From: the human T2T-CHM13v2.0 reference genome, Homo sapiens
DNA length: 64,000 nt
Assembly: GCF_009914755.1 (NCBI RefSeq)
Contig: NC_060943.1
Strand: one strand, 5' to 3'
Positions 12,301 to 25,000 of this stretch are shown piece after piece. The translations under genes and the position numbers were made by a program. Each line of letters opens with the position of its first letter. Within the stretch, counting starts at the first letter, position 1. The notes beneath the pieces are model-generated. The model had not been told where the DNA came from. It searched no databases and worked only from the letters and a program-made list of their open reading frames with translations.

Positions 12301-14589
12301 GCAGACTTGAAACACTCTTTTTGTGGAATTTGCAAGTGGAGATTTCAGCCGCTTTGAGGTCAATGGTAGAATAGGAAATATCTTCCTATAGAAACTAGAC
12401 AGAATGATTCTCAGAAACTCCTTTGTGATGTGTGCGTTCAACTCACAGAGTTCAACCTTTCTTTTCATAGAGCAGTTGGGAAACACTCTGTTTGTAAAGT
12501 CTGCAAGTGGATATTCAGACTTCTTTGAGGCCTTCGTTGGAAGCGGGATTTCTTCATATTCTGCTAGACAGAAGAATTCTCAGTAAGTGCCTTGTGTTGT
12601 GTGTATTCAACTCACAGAGTTGAACGATCCTTTACACAGAGCAGACTTGAAACACTCTTTTTGTGGAATTTGCAAGTGGAGATTTCAGCCGCTTTGAGGT
12701 CAATGGTAGAATAGGAAATATCTTCCTATAGAAACTAGACAGAATGATTCTTAGAAACTCCTTTGTGATGTGTGCGTTCAACTCACAGAGTTTACCCTTT
12801 CTTTTCATAGAGCAGTTAGGAAACACTCTGTTTGTAAAGTCTGCAAGTGGATATTCAGACATCCTTGAGGCTTTCGTTGGAAACGGGATTTCTTCATATT
12901 CTGCCAGAAAGAAGAATTCTCAGTAACTTCCTTGTGTTGTGTGTATTCAACTCACAGAGTTGAACGATCCTTTACACAGAGCAGACTTGAAACACACTTT
13001 TTGTGGAATTTGCAAGTGGAGATTTCAGCCGCTTTGAGGTCAATGGTAGAATAGGAAATATCTTCCTATAGAAACTAGACAGAATGATTCTCAGAAACTC
13101 CTTTGTGATGTGTGCGTTCAACTCACAGAGTTTAACCTTTCTTTTCATAGAGCAGTTAGGAAACACTCTGTTTGTACAGTCTGCAAGTGGATATTCAGAC
13201 ATCCTTGAGGCTTTCGTTGGAAACGGGATTTCTTCATATTCTGCTAGAAAGAAGAATTCTCAGTAACTTCCTTGTGTTGTGTGTATTCAACTCACAGAGT
13301 TGAACGATCCTTTACACAGAGCAGACTTGAAACACTCCTTTTGTGGAATTTGCAAGTGGAGATTTCAGCCGCTTTGAGGTCAATGGTAGAATAGGAAATA
13401 TCTTCCTATAGAAACTAGACAGAATGATTCTCAGAAACTCCTTTGTGATGTGTGCGTTCAACTCACAGAGTTTAACCTTTCTTTTCATAGAGCAGTTGGG
13501 AAACACTCTGTTTGTAAAGTCTGCAAGTGGATATTCAGACATCCTTGAGGCTTTCGTTGGAAACGGGATTTCTTCATGTTCTGCTAGACAGAAGAATTCT
13601 CAGAAACTTCCTTGTGTTGTGTGTTTTCAACTCACAGAGTTGAACGATCCTTTACACAGAGCAGACTTGAAACACTCCTTTTGTGGAATTTGCAAGTGGA
13701 GATTTCAGCCGCTTTGAGGTCAATGGTAGAATAGGAAATATCTTCCTATAGAAAGTAGACAGAATGATTCTCAGAAACTCCTTTGTGATGTGTGCGTTCA
13801 ACTCACAGAGTTTAACCTTTCTTTTCATAGAGCAGTTAGGAAACACTCTGTTTGTAAAGTCTGCAAGTGGATATTCAGACCTCCTTGAGGCTTTCGTTGG
13901 AAACGGGATTTCTTCATATTCTGCTAGAAAGAAGAATTCTCAGTAACTTCCTTGTGTTGTGTGTATTCAACTCACAGAGTTGAACGATCCTTTACACAGA
14001 GCAGACTTGAAACACTCTTTTTGTGGAATTTGCAAGTGGAGATTTCAGCCGCTGTGAGGTCAATGGTAGAATAGGAAATATCTTCCTATAGAAACTAGAC
14101 AGAATGATTCTCAGAAACTCCTTTGTGATGTGTGCGTTCAACTCACAGAGTTCAACCTTTCTTTTCATAGAGCAGTTGGGAAACACTCTGTTTGTAAAGT
14201 CTGCAAGTGGATATTCAGACTTCTTTGAGGCCTTCGTTGGAAGCGGGATTTCTTAATATTCTGCTAGACAGAAGAATTCTCAGTAACTTCCTTGTGTTGT
14301 GTGTATTCAACTCACAGAGTTGAACGATCCTTTACACAGAGCAGACTTGAAACCCTCTTTTTGTGGAATTTGCAAGTGGAGATTTCAGCCGCTTTGAGGT
14401 CAGTGGTAGAATAGGAAATATCTTCCTATAGAAATTAGACAGAATGATTCTCAGAAACTCCTTTGTGATGTGTGCGTTCAACTCACAGAGTTTAACCTTT
14501 CTTTTCATAGAGCAGTTAGGAAACACTCTGTTTGTAAAGTCTGCAAGCGGATATTCAGACATCCTTGAGGCTTTCGTTGGAAACGGGAT

Positions 14590-17500
14590 TTCTTCGTATT
14601 CTGCTAGACAGAAGAATTCTCAGTAACTTCCTTGTGTTGTGTGTATTCAACTCACAGAGTTGAACGATCCTTTACACAGAGCAGACTTGAAACACTCTTT
14701 TTGTGGAATTTGCAAGTGGAGATTTCAGCCGCTTTGAGGTCAATGGTAGAATAGGAAATATCTTCCTATAGAAACTAGACAGAATGATTCTCAGAAACTC
14801 CTTTGTGATGTGTGCGTTCAACTCACAGAGTTTAACCTTTCTTTTCATAGAGCAGTTAGGAAACACTCTGTTTGTAAGGTCTGCAAGTGGATATTCAGAC
14901 ATCTTTGAGGCCTTCGTTGGAAACGGGATTTCTTCATGTTCTGCTAGACAGAAGAATTCTGAGAAACTTCCTTGTGTTGTGTGTTTTCAACTCACAGAGT
15001 TGAACGATGCTTTACACAGAGTAGACTTGAAACACTGTTTTTGTGTAATTTGCAAGTGGAGATTTCAGCCGCTTTGAGGTCAATGGTAGAATAGGAAATA
15101 TCTTCCTATAGAAAGTAGACAGAATGATTCTCAGAAACTCCTTTGTGATGTGTGCGTTCAACTCACAGAGTTTAACCTTTCTTTTCATAGAGCAGTTAGG
15201 AAACACTCTGTTTGTAAAGTCTGCAAGTGGATATTCAGACCTCCTTGAGGCCTTCGTTGGAAACGGGATTTCTACATATTATGCTAGACAGAAGAATTCT
15301 CAGTAACTTCCTTGTGTTGTGTGTATTCAACTCACAGAGTTGAATGATCCTTTACACAGAGCAGACTTGAAACACTCTTTTTGTGGAATTTGCAAGTGTA
15401 GATTTCAGCCGCTTTGAGTTCAATGGTAGAATAGGAAATATCTTCCTATAGAAACTAGACAGAATGATTCTCAGAAACTCCTTTGTGATGTGTGCATTCA
15501 ACTCACAGAGTTCAACCTTTCTTTTCATAGAGCAGTTGGGAAACACTCTGTAAAGTCTGCAAGTGGATATTCAGACTTCTTTGAGGCCTTCGTTGGAAGC
15601 CGGATTTCTTCATATTCTGCTAGACAGAAGAATTCTCAGTAACTTCCTTGTGTTGTGTGTATTCAACTCACAGAGTTGAACGATCCTTTACACAGAGCAG
15701 ACTTGAAACACTCTTTTTGTGGAATTTGCAAGTGGAGATTTCAGCCGCTTTGAGGTCAATGGTAGAATAGGAAATATCTTCCTATAGAAACTAGACAGAA
15801 TGATTCTCAGAAACTCCTTTGTGATGTGTGCGTTCAACTCACAGAGTTTAACCTTTCTTTTCATAGAGCAGTTAGGAAACACTCTGTTTGTAAAGTCTGC
15901 AAGTGGATATTCAGACATCCTTGAGGCTTTCATTGGTAACGGGATTTCTTCATATTCTGCTAGAAAGAAGAATTCTCAGTAACTTCCTTGTGTTGTGTGT
16001 ATTCAACTCACAGAGTTGAACGATCCTTTACACAGAGCAGACTTGAAACACTCTTTTAGTGGAATTTGCAAGTGGAGATTTCAGCCGCTTTGAGGTCAAT
16101 GGTAGAATAGGAAATATCTTCCTATAGAAACTAGACAGAATGATTCTCAGAAACTCCTTTGTGATGTGTGCGTTCAACTCACAGAGTTTAACCTTTCTTT
16201 TCATAGAGCAGTTAGGAAACACTCTGTTTGTAAAGTCTGCAAGTGGATATTCAGACATCCTTGAGGCTTTCGTTGGAAACGGGATTTCTTCATATTCTGC
16301 TAGAAAGAAGAATTCTCAGTAACTTCCTTGTGTTGTGTGTATTCAACTCACAGAGTTGAACGATCCTTTACACAGAGCAGACTTGAAACACTCTTTTTGT
16401 GGAATTTGCAAGTGGAGATTTCAGCCGCTTTGAGGTCAATGGTAGAATAGGAAATATCTTCCTATAGAAACTAGACAGAATGATTCTCAGAAACTCCTTT
16501 GTGATGTGTGCGTTCAACTCACAGAGTTTAACCTTTCTTTTCATAGAGCAGTTAGGAAACACTCTGTTTGTAAAGTCTGCAAGTGGATATTCAGACATCC
16601 TTGAGGCTTTCGTTGGAAACGGGATTTCTTCGTATTCTGCTAGACAGAAGAATTCTCAGTAACTTCCTTGTGTTGTGTGTATTCAACTCACAGAGTTGAA
16701 CGATCCTTTACACAGAGCAGACTTGAAACACTCTTTTTGTGGAATTTGCAAGTGGAGATTTCAGCCGCTTTGAGGTCAATGGTAGAATAGGAAATATCTT
16801 CCTATAGAAACTAGACAGAATGATTCTCAGAAACTCCTTTGTGATGTGTGCGTTCAACTCACAGAGTTTAACCTTTCTTTTCATAGAGCAGTTAGGAAAC
16901 ACTCTGTTTGTAAGGTCTGCAAGTGGATATTCAGACATCCTTGAGGCTTTCGTTGGAAACGGAATTTCTTCATATTCTGCTAGAAAGAAGAATTCTCAGT
17001 AACTTCCTTGTGTTGTGTGTATTCAACTCACAGAGTTGAACGATCCTTTACACAGAGCAGACCTGTAACACTCTTTTTGTGGAATTTGCAAGTGGAGATT
17101 TCAGCCGCTTTGAGGTCAATGGTAGAATAGGAAATATCTTCCTATAGAAACTAGACAGAATGATTCTCAGAAACTCCTTTGTGATGTGTGCGTTCAACTC
17201 ACAGAGTTTAACCTTTCTTTTCATAGAGCAGTTAGGAACCACTCTGTTTGTAAAGTCTGCAAGTGGATATTCAGACATCTTTGAGGCCTTCGTTGGAAAC
17301 GGGATTTCTTCATGTTCTGCTAGACAGAAGAATTCTGAGAAACTTCCTTGTGTTGTGTGTTTTCAACTCACAGAGTTGAACGATGCTTTACACAGAGTAG
17401 ACTTGAAACACTGTTTTTGTGTAATTTGCAAGTGGAGATTTCAGCCGCTTTGAGGTCAATGGTAGAATAGGAAATATCTTCCTATAGAAAGTAGACAGAA

Positions 17501-19000
17501 TGATTCTCAGAAACTCCTTTGTGATGTGTGCGTTCAACTCACAGAGTTTAACCTTTCTTTTCATAGAGCAGTTAGGAAACACTCTGTTTGTAAAGTCTGC
17601 AAGTGGATATTCAGACCTCCTTGAGGCCTTCGTTGGAAACGGGATTTCTACATATTATGCTAGACAGAAGAATTCTCAGTAACTTCCTTGTGTTGTGTGT
17701 ATTCAACTCACAGAGTTGAATGATCCTTTACACAGAGCAGACTTGAAACACTCTTTTTGTGGAATTTGCAAGTGGAGATTTCAGCCGCTTTGAGTTCAAT
17801 GGTAGAATAGGAAATATCTTCCTATAGAAACTAGACAGAATGATTCTCAGAAACTCCTTTGTGATGTGTGCATTCAACTCACAGAGTTCAACCTTTCTTT
17901 TCATAGAGCAGTTGGGAAACACTCTGTTTGTAAAGTCTGCAAGTGGATATTCAGACTTCTTTGAGGCCTTCGTTGGAAGCGGGATTTCTTCATATTCTGC
18001 TAGACAGAAGAATTCTCAGTAACTTCCTTGTGTTGTGTGTATTCAACTCACAGAGTTGAACGATCCTTTACACAGAGCAGACTTGAAACACTCTTTTTGT
18101 GGAATTTGCAAGTGGAGATTTCAGCCGCTTTGAGGTCAATGGTAGAATAGGAAATATCTTCCTATAGAAACTAGACAGAATGATTCTCAGAAACTCCTTT
18201 GTGATGTGTGCGTTCAACTCACAGAGTTTAACCTTTCTTTTCATAGAGCAGTTAGGAAACACTCTGTTTGTAAAGTCTGCAAGTGGATATTCAGACATCC
18301 TTGAGGCTTTCATTGGTAACGGGATTTCTTCATATTCTGCTAGAAAGAAGAATTCTCAGTAACTTCCTTGTGTTGTGTGTATTCAACTCACAGAGTTGAA
18401 CGATCCTTTACACAGAGCAGACTTGAAACACTCTTTTAGTGGAATTTGCAAGTGGAGATTTCAGCCGCTTTGAGGTCAATGGTAGAATAGGAAATATCTT
18501 CCTATAGAAACTAGACAGAATGATTCTCAGAAACTCCTTTGTGATGTGTGCGTTCAACTCACAGAGTTTAACCTTTCTTTTCATAGAGCAGTTAGGAAAC
18601 ACTCTGTTTGTAAAGTCTGCAAGTGGATATTCAGACATCCTTGAGGCTTTCGTTGGAAACGGGATTTCTTCATATTCTGCTAGAAAGAAGAATTCTCAGT
18701 AACTTCCTTGTGTTGTGTGTATTCAACTCACAGAGTTGAACGATCCTTTACACAGAGCAGACTTGAAACACTCTTTTTGTGGAATTTGCAAGTGGAGATT
18801 TCAGCCGCTTTGAGGTCAATGGTAGAATAGGAAATATCTTCCTATAGAAACTAGACAGAATGATTCTCAGAAACTCCTTTGTGATGTGTGCGTTCAACTC
18901 ACAGAGTTTAACCTTTCTTTTCATAGAGCAGTTAGGAAACACTCTGTTTGTAAAGTCTGCAAGTGGATATTCAGACATCCTTGAGGCTTTCGTTGGAAAC
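14590..19000 (+). repeat. Local tandem duplication of a 6-7 dimer block (about 2.38 kb period)
   Basis: Rare markers repeat at 2376-2380 bp spacing: TCTGAGAAACTTCC, CACTGTTTTTG, TTTCTACAT, TTGAATGAT, GTGCATTC, TTCATTGGTAAC (15932/18312) and CTTTTAGT (16058/18438). Boundaries are approximate. Confidence 0.88.
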
Positions 19001-22000
19001 GGGATTTCTTCATATTCTGCTAGAAAGAAGAATTCTCAGTAACTTCCTTGTGTTGTGTGTATTCAACTCACAGAGTTGAACGATCCTTTACACAGAGCAG
19101 ACTTGAAACACTCTTTTTGTGGAATTTGCAAGTGGAGATTTCAGCCGCTTTGAGGTCAATGTTAGAAAAGGAAATATCTTCCTATAGAAACTAGACAGAA
19201 TGATTCTCAGAAACTCCTTTGTGATGTGTGCGTTCAACTCACAGAGTTTAACCTTTCTTTTCATAGAGCAGTTAGGAAACACTCTGTTTGTAAAGTCTGC
19301 AAGTGGATATTCAGACCTCCTTGAGGCCTTCGTTGGAAACGGGATTTCTTCATATTATGCTAGACAGAAGAATTCTCAGTAACTTCCTTGTGTTGGGTGT
19401 ATTCAACTCACAGAGTTGAACGATCCTTTACACAGAGCAGACTTGAAACACTCTTTTTGTGGAATTTGCAAGTGGAGATTTCAGCCGCTTTGAGGTCAAT
19501 GGTAGAATAGGAAATATCTTCCTATAGAAAGTAGACAGAATGATTCTCAGAAACTCCTTTGTGATGTGTGCGTTCAACTCACAGAGTTTAACCTTTCTTT
19601 TCATAGAGCAGTTAGGAAACACTCTGTTTGTAAAGTCTGCAAGTGGATATTCAGACCTCCTTGAGGCCTTCGTTGGAAACGGGATTTCTTCATATTATGC
19701 TAGACAGAAGAATTCTCAGTAACTTCCTTGTGTTGTGTGTTTTCAACTCACAGAGTTGAACGATGCTTTACACAGAGTAGACTTGAAACACTGTTTTTGT
19801 GTAATTTGCAAGTGGAGATTTCAGCCGCTTTGAGGTCAATGGTAGAATAGGAAATATATTCCTATAGAAAGTAGACAGAATGATTCTCAGAAACTCCTTT
19901 GTGATGTGTGCGTTCAACTCACAGAGTTTAACCTTTCTTTTCATAGAGCAGTTAGGAAACACTCTGTTTGTAAAGTCTGCAAGTGGATATTCAGACCTCC
20001 TTGAGGCCTTCGTTGGAAACGGGATTTCTTCATATTATGCTAGACAGAAGAATTCTCAGTAACTTCCTTGTGTTGTGTGTATTCAACTCACAGAGTTGAA
20101 CGATCCTTTACACAGAGCAGACTTGAAACACTCTTTTTGTGGAATTTGCAAGTGGAGATTTCAACCGCTTTGAGTTCAATGGTAGAATAGGAAATATCTT
20201 CCTATAGAAACTAGACAGAATGATTCTCAGAAACTCCTTTGTGATGTGTGCGTTCAACTCACAGAGTTTAACCTTTCTCTTCATAGAGCAGTTCGGAAAC
20301 ACTCTGTTTGTAAAGTCTGCAAGTGGATATTCAGACACCTTTGAGGCTTTCGTTGGAAACGGGATTTCTTCATATTCTGCTAGACAGAAGAATTCTCAGA
20401 AACTTCGTTGTGTTGTGTGTTTTCAACTCACAGAGTTGAACGATCGTTTACACAGAGCAGACTTGAGACACTCTTTTTGTGGAATTTGTAAGTGGAGATT
20501 TCAGCCGCTTTGAGGTCAATGGTAGAAAAGGAAATATCTTCATATAAAAACTAGACAGAATGATTCTCAGACACTCCTTTGTGATGTGTGCGTTCAACTC
20601 ACAGAGTTTAACCTTTCTTTTCATAGAGCAGTTAGGAAACACTCTGTTTGTAAAGTCTGCAAGTGGATATTCAGACCTCTTTGAGGCCTTCGTTGGAAAC
20701 GGGATTTCTTCATATTATGCTAGACAGAAGAATTCTCAGTAACTTCCTTGTGTTGTGTGTATTCAACTCACAGAGTTGAACGATCCTTTACACAGAGCAG
20801 ACTTGAAACACTCTTTTTGTGGAAATTGCAAGTGGAGATTTCAGCCGCTTTGAGGTCAATGGTAAAAAAGGAAATATCTTCGTATAAAAACTAGACAGAG
20901 TGATTCTCAGAAACTCCTTTGTGATGTGTGCGTTCAACTCACAGAGTTTAACCTTTCTTTTCATAGAGCAGTTAGGAAACACTCTGTTTGTAAAGTCTGC
21001 AAGTGGATATTCAGACCTCCTTGAGGCCTTCGTTGGAAACGGGATTTCTTCATATTATGCTAGACAGAGGAATTCTCAGTAACTTCCTTGTGTTGTGTGT
21101 ATTCAACTCACAGAGTTGAACGATCCTTTACACAGAGCAGACTTGAAACACTCTTTTTGTGGAATTTGCAAGTGGAGATTTCAGCCGCTTTGAGGTCAAT
21201 GGTAGAATAGGAAATATCTTCCTATAGAAACTAGACAGAATGATTCTCAGAAACTCCTTTGTGATGTGTGCGTTCAACTCACAGAGTTCAACCTTTCTTT
21301 TCATAGAGCAGTTAGGAAACACTCTGTTTGTAAAGTCTGCAAGTGGATATTCAGATATCCTTGAGGCTTTCGTTGGAAACGGGATTCCTTCATATTCTGC
21401 TAGAAAGAAGAATTCTCAGTAACTTCCTTGTGTTGTGTGTATTCAACTCACAGAGTTGAACGATCCTTTACACAGAGCAGACTTGAAACACTCTTTTTGT
21501 GGAATTTGCAAGTGGAGATTTCAGCCGATTTGAGGTCAATGGTAGAATAGGAAATATCTTCCTATAGAAACTAGACAGAATGATTCTCAGAAACTCCTTT
21601 GTGATGTGTGCGTTCAACTCACAGAGTTTAACCTTTCTTTTCATAGAGCAGTTAGGAAACCCTCTGTTTGTAAAGTCTGCAAGTGGATATTCAGACCTCC
21701 TTAAGGCCTTCGTTGGAAACGGGATTTCTTCATATTATGCTAGACAGAAGAATTCTCAGTAACTTCCTTGTGTTGTGTGTATTCAACTCACAGAGTTGAA
21801 CGATCCTTTACACAGAGCAGACTTGAAACACTCTTTTTGTGGAATTTGCAAGTGGAGATTTCAGCCGCTTTGAGGTCAATGGTAGAATAGGAAATATCTT
21901 CCTATAGAAACTAGACAGAATGATTCTGAGAAACTCCTTTGTGATGTGTGCGTTCAACTCACACAGTTTAACCTTTCTTATCATAGAGCAGTTAGGAAAC

Positions 22001-25000
22001 ACTCTGTTTGTAAAGTCTGCAAGTGGATATTCAGACCTCCTTGAGGCCTTCGTTGGAAACGGGATTTCTTCATATTATGCTAGACAGAAGAATTCTCAGT
22101 AACTTCCTTGTGTTGTGTGTATTCAACTCACAGAGTTGAACGATCCTTTACACAGAGCAGACTTGAAACACTCTTTTTGTGGAATTTGCAAGTGGAGATT
22201 TCAGCCGCTTTGAGTTCAATGGTAGAATAGGAAATATCTTCCTATAGAAACTAGACAGAATGATTCTCAGAAACTCCTTTGTGATGTGTGCGTTCAACTC
22301 ACAGAGTTCAACCTTTCTTTTCATAGAGCAGTTGGGAAACACTCTGTTTGTAAAGTCTGCAAGTGGATATTCAGACTTCTTTGAGGCCTTCGTTGGAAGC
22401 GGGATTTCTTCATGTTCTGCTAGACAGAAGAATTCTCAGAAACTTCCTTGTGTTGTGTGTTTTCAACTCACAGAGTTGAACGATCCTTTACACAGAGCAG
22501 ACTTGAAACACTCTTTTTGTGGAATTTGCAAGTGGAGATTTCAGCCGCTTTGAGGTCAATGGTAGAATAGGAAATATCTTCCTATAGAAAGTAGACAGAA
22601 TGATTCTCAGAAACTCCTTTGTGATGTGTGCGTTCAACTCACAGAGTTTAACTTTTCTTTTCATAGAGCAGTTAGGAAACACTCTGTTTGTAAAGTCTGC
22701 AAGTGGATATTCAGACCTCCTTGAGGCCTTCATTGGAAACGGGATTTCTTCATATTCTGCTAGACAGAAGAATTCTCAGTAACTTCCTTGTGTTGTGTGT
22801 ATTCAACTCACAGAGTTGAACGATCCTTTACACAGAGCAGACTTGAAACACTCTTTTTGTGGAATTTGCAAGTGGAGATTTCAGCCGCTTTGAGTTCAAT
22901 GGTAGAATAGGAAATATCTTCCTATAGAAACTAGACAGAATGATTCTCAGAAACTCCTTTGTGATGTGTGCGTTCAACTCACAGAGTTCAACCTTTCTTT
23001 TCATAGAGCAGTTGGGAAACACTCTGTTTGTAAAGTCCGCAAGTGGATATTCAGACTTCTTTGAGGCCTTCGTTGGAAGCGGGATTTCTTCATATTCTGC
23101 TAGACAGAAGAATTCTCAGTAACTGCCTTGTGTTGTGTGTATTCAACTCACAGAGTTGAACGATCCTTTACACAGAGCAGACTTGAAACGCTCTTTTTGT
23201 GGAACTTGCAAGTGGAGATTTCAGCCGCTTTGAGGTCAATGGTAGAATAGGAAATATCTTCCTATAGAAACTAGACAGAATGATTCTCAGAAACTCCTTT
23301 GTGATGTGTGCGTTCAACTCACAGAGTTTAACCTTTCTTTTCATAGAGCAGTTAGGAAACACTCTGTTTGTAAAGTCTGCAAGTGGATATTCAGACATCC
23401 TTGAGGCTTTCGTTGGAAACGGGATTTCTTCATATTCTGCTAGAAAGAAGAATTCTCAGTAACTTCCTTGTGTTGTGTGTATTCAACTCACAGAGTTGAA
23501 CGATCCTTTACACAGAGCAGACTTGAAACACTCTTTTTGTGGAATTTGCAAGTGGAGATTTCAGCCGCTTTGAGGTCAATGGTAGAATAGGAAATATCTT
23601 CCTATAGAAACTAGACAGAATGATTCTCAGAAACTCCTTTGTGATGTGTGCGTTCAACTCACAGAGTTTAACCTTTCTTTTCATAGAGCAGTTAGGAAAC
23701 ACTCTGTTTGTAAAGTCTGCAAGTGGATATTCAGACATCTTTGAGGCCTTCGTTGGAAACGGGATTTCTTCATGTTCTGCTAGACAGAAGAATTCTCAGA
23801 AACTTCCTTGTGTTGTGTGTTTTCAACTCACAGAGTTGAACGATGCTTTACACAGAGTAGACTTGAAACACTCTTTTTGTGTAATTTGCAAGTGGAGATT
23901 TCAGCCGCTTTGAGGTCAATGGTAGAATAGGAAATACCTTCCTATAGAAACTAGACAGAATGATTCTGAGAAACTCCTTTGTGATGTGTGCGTTCAACTC
24001 ACACAGTTTAACCTTTCTTATCATAGAGCAGTTAGGAAACACTCTGTTTGTAAAGTCTGCAAGTGGATATTCAGACCTCCTTGAGGCCTACGTTGGAAAC
24101 GGGATTTCTTCATATTATGCTAGACAGAAGAATTCTCAGTAACTTCCTTGTGTTGTGTGTATTCAACTCACAGAGTTGAACGATCCTTTACACAGAGCAG
24201 ACTTGAAACACTCTTTTTGTGGAATTTGCTTGTGGAGATTTCAGCCGCTTTGAGTTCAATGGTAGAATAGGAAATATCTTCCTATAGAAACTAGACAGAA
24301 TGATTCTCAGAAACTCCTTTGTGATGTGTGCGTTCAACTCACAGAGTTCAACCTTTCTTTTCATAGAGCAGTTGGGAAACACTCTGTTTGTAAAGTCTGC
24401 AAGTGGATATTCAGACTTCTTTGAGGCCTTCGTTGGAAGCGGGATTTCTTCATGTTCTGCTAGACAGAAGAATTCTCAGAAACTTCCTTGTGTTGTGTGT
24501 TTTCAACTCACAGAGTTGAACGATCCTTTACACAGAGCAGACTTGAAACACTCCTTTTGTGGAATTTGCAAGTGGAGATTTCAGCCGCTTTGAGGTCAAT
24601 GGTAGAATAGGAAATATCTTCCTATAGAAACCAGACAGAATGATTCTGAGAAACTCCTTTGTGATGTGTGCGTTCAACTCACACAGTTTAACCTTTCTTT
24701 TCATAGAGCAGTTAGGAAACACTCTGTTTGTAAAGTCTGCAAGTGGATATTCAGACCTCCTTGAGGCCTTCGTTGGAAACGGGATTTCTTCATATTATGC
24801 TAGACAGAAGAATTCTCAGTAACTTCCTTGTGTTGTGTGTATTCAACTCACAGAGTTGAACTATCCTTTACACAGAGCAGACTTGAAACACTCTTTTTGT
24901 GGAATTTGCAAGTGGAGATTTCAGCCGCTTTGAGTTCAATGGTAGAATAGGAAATATCTTCCTATAGAAACTAGACAGAATGATTCTCAGAAACTCCTTT

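Noticed and set aside
20403-20419. Possible extra CENP-B box created by CTTCGTTG
   Set aside because: Only the 5' half matches; A10 and CGGG are absent (CTTCGTTGTGTTGTGTG).
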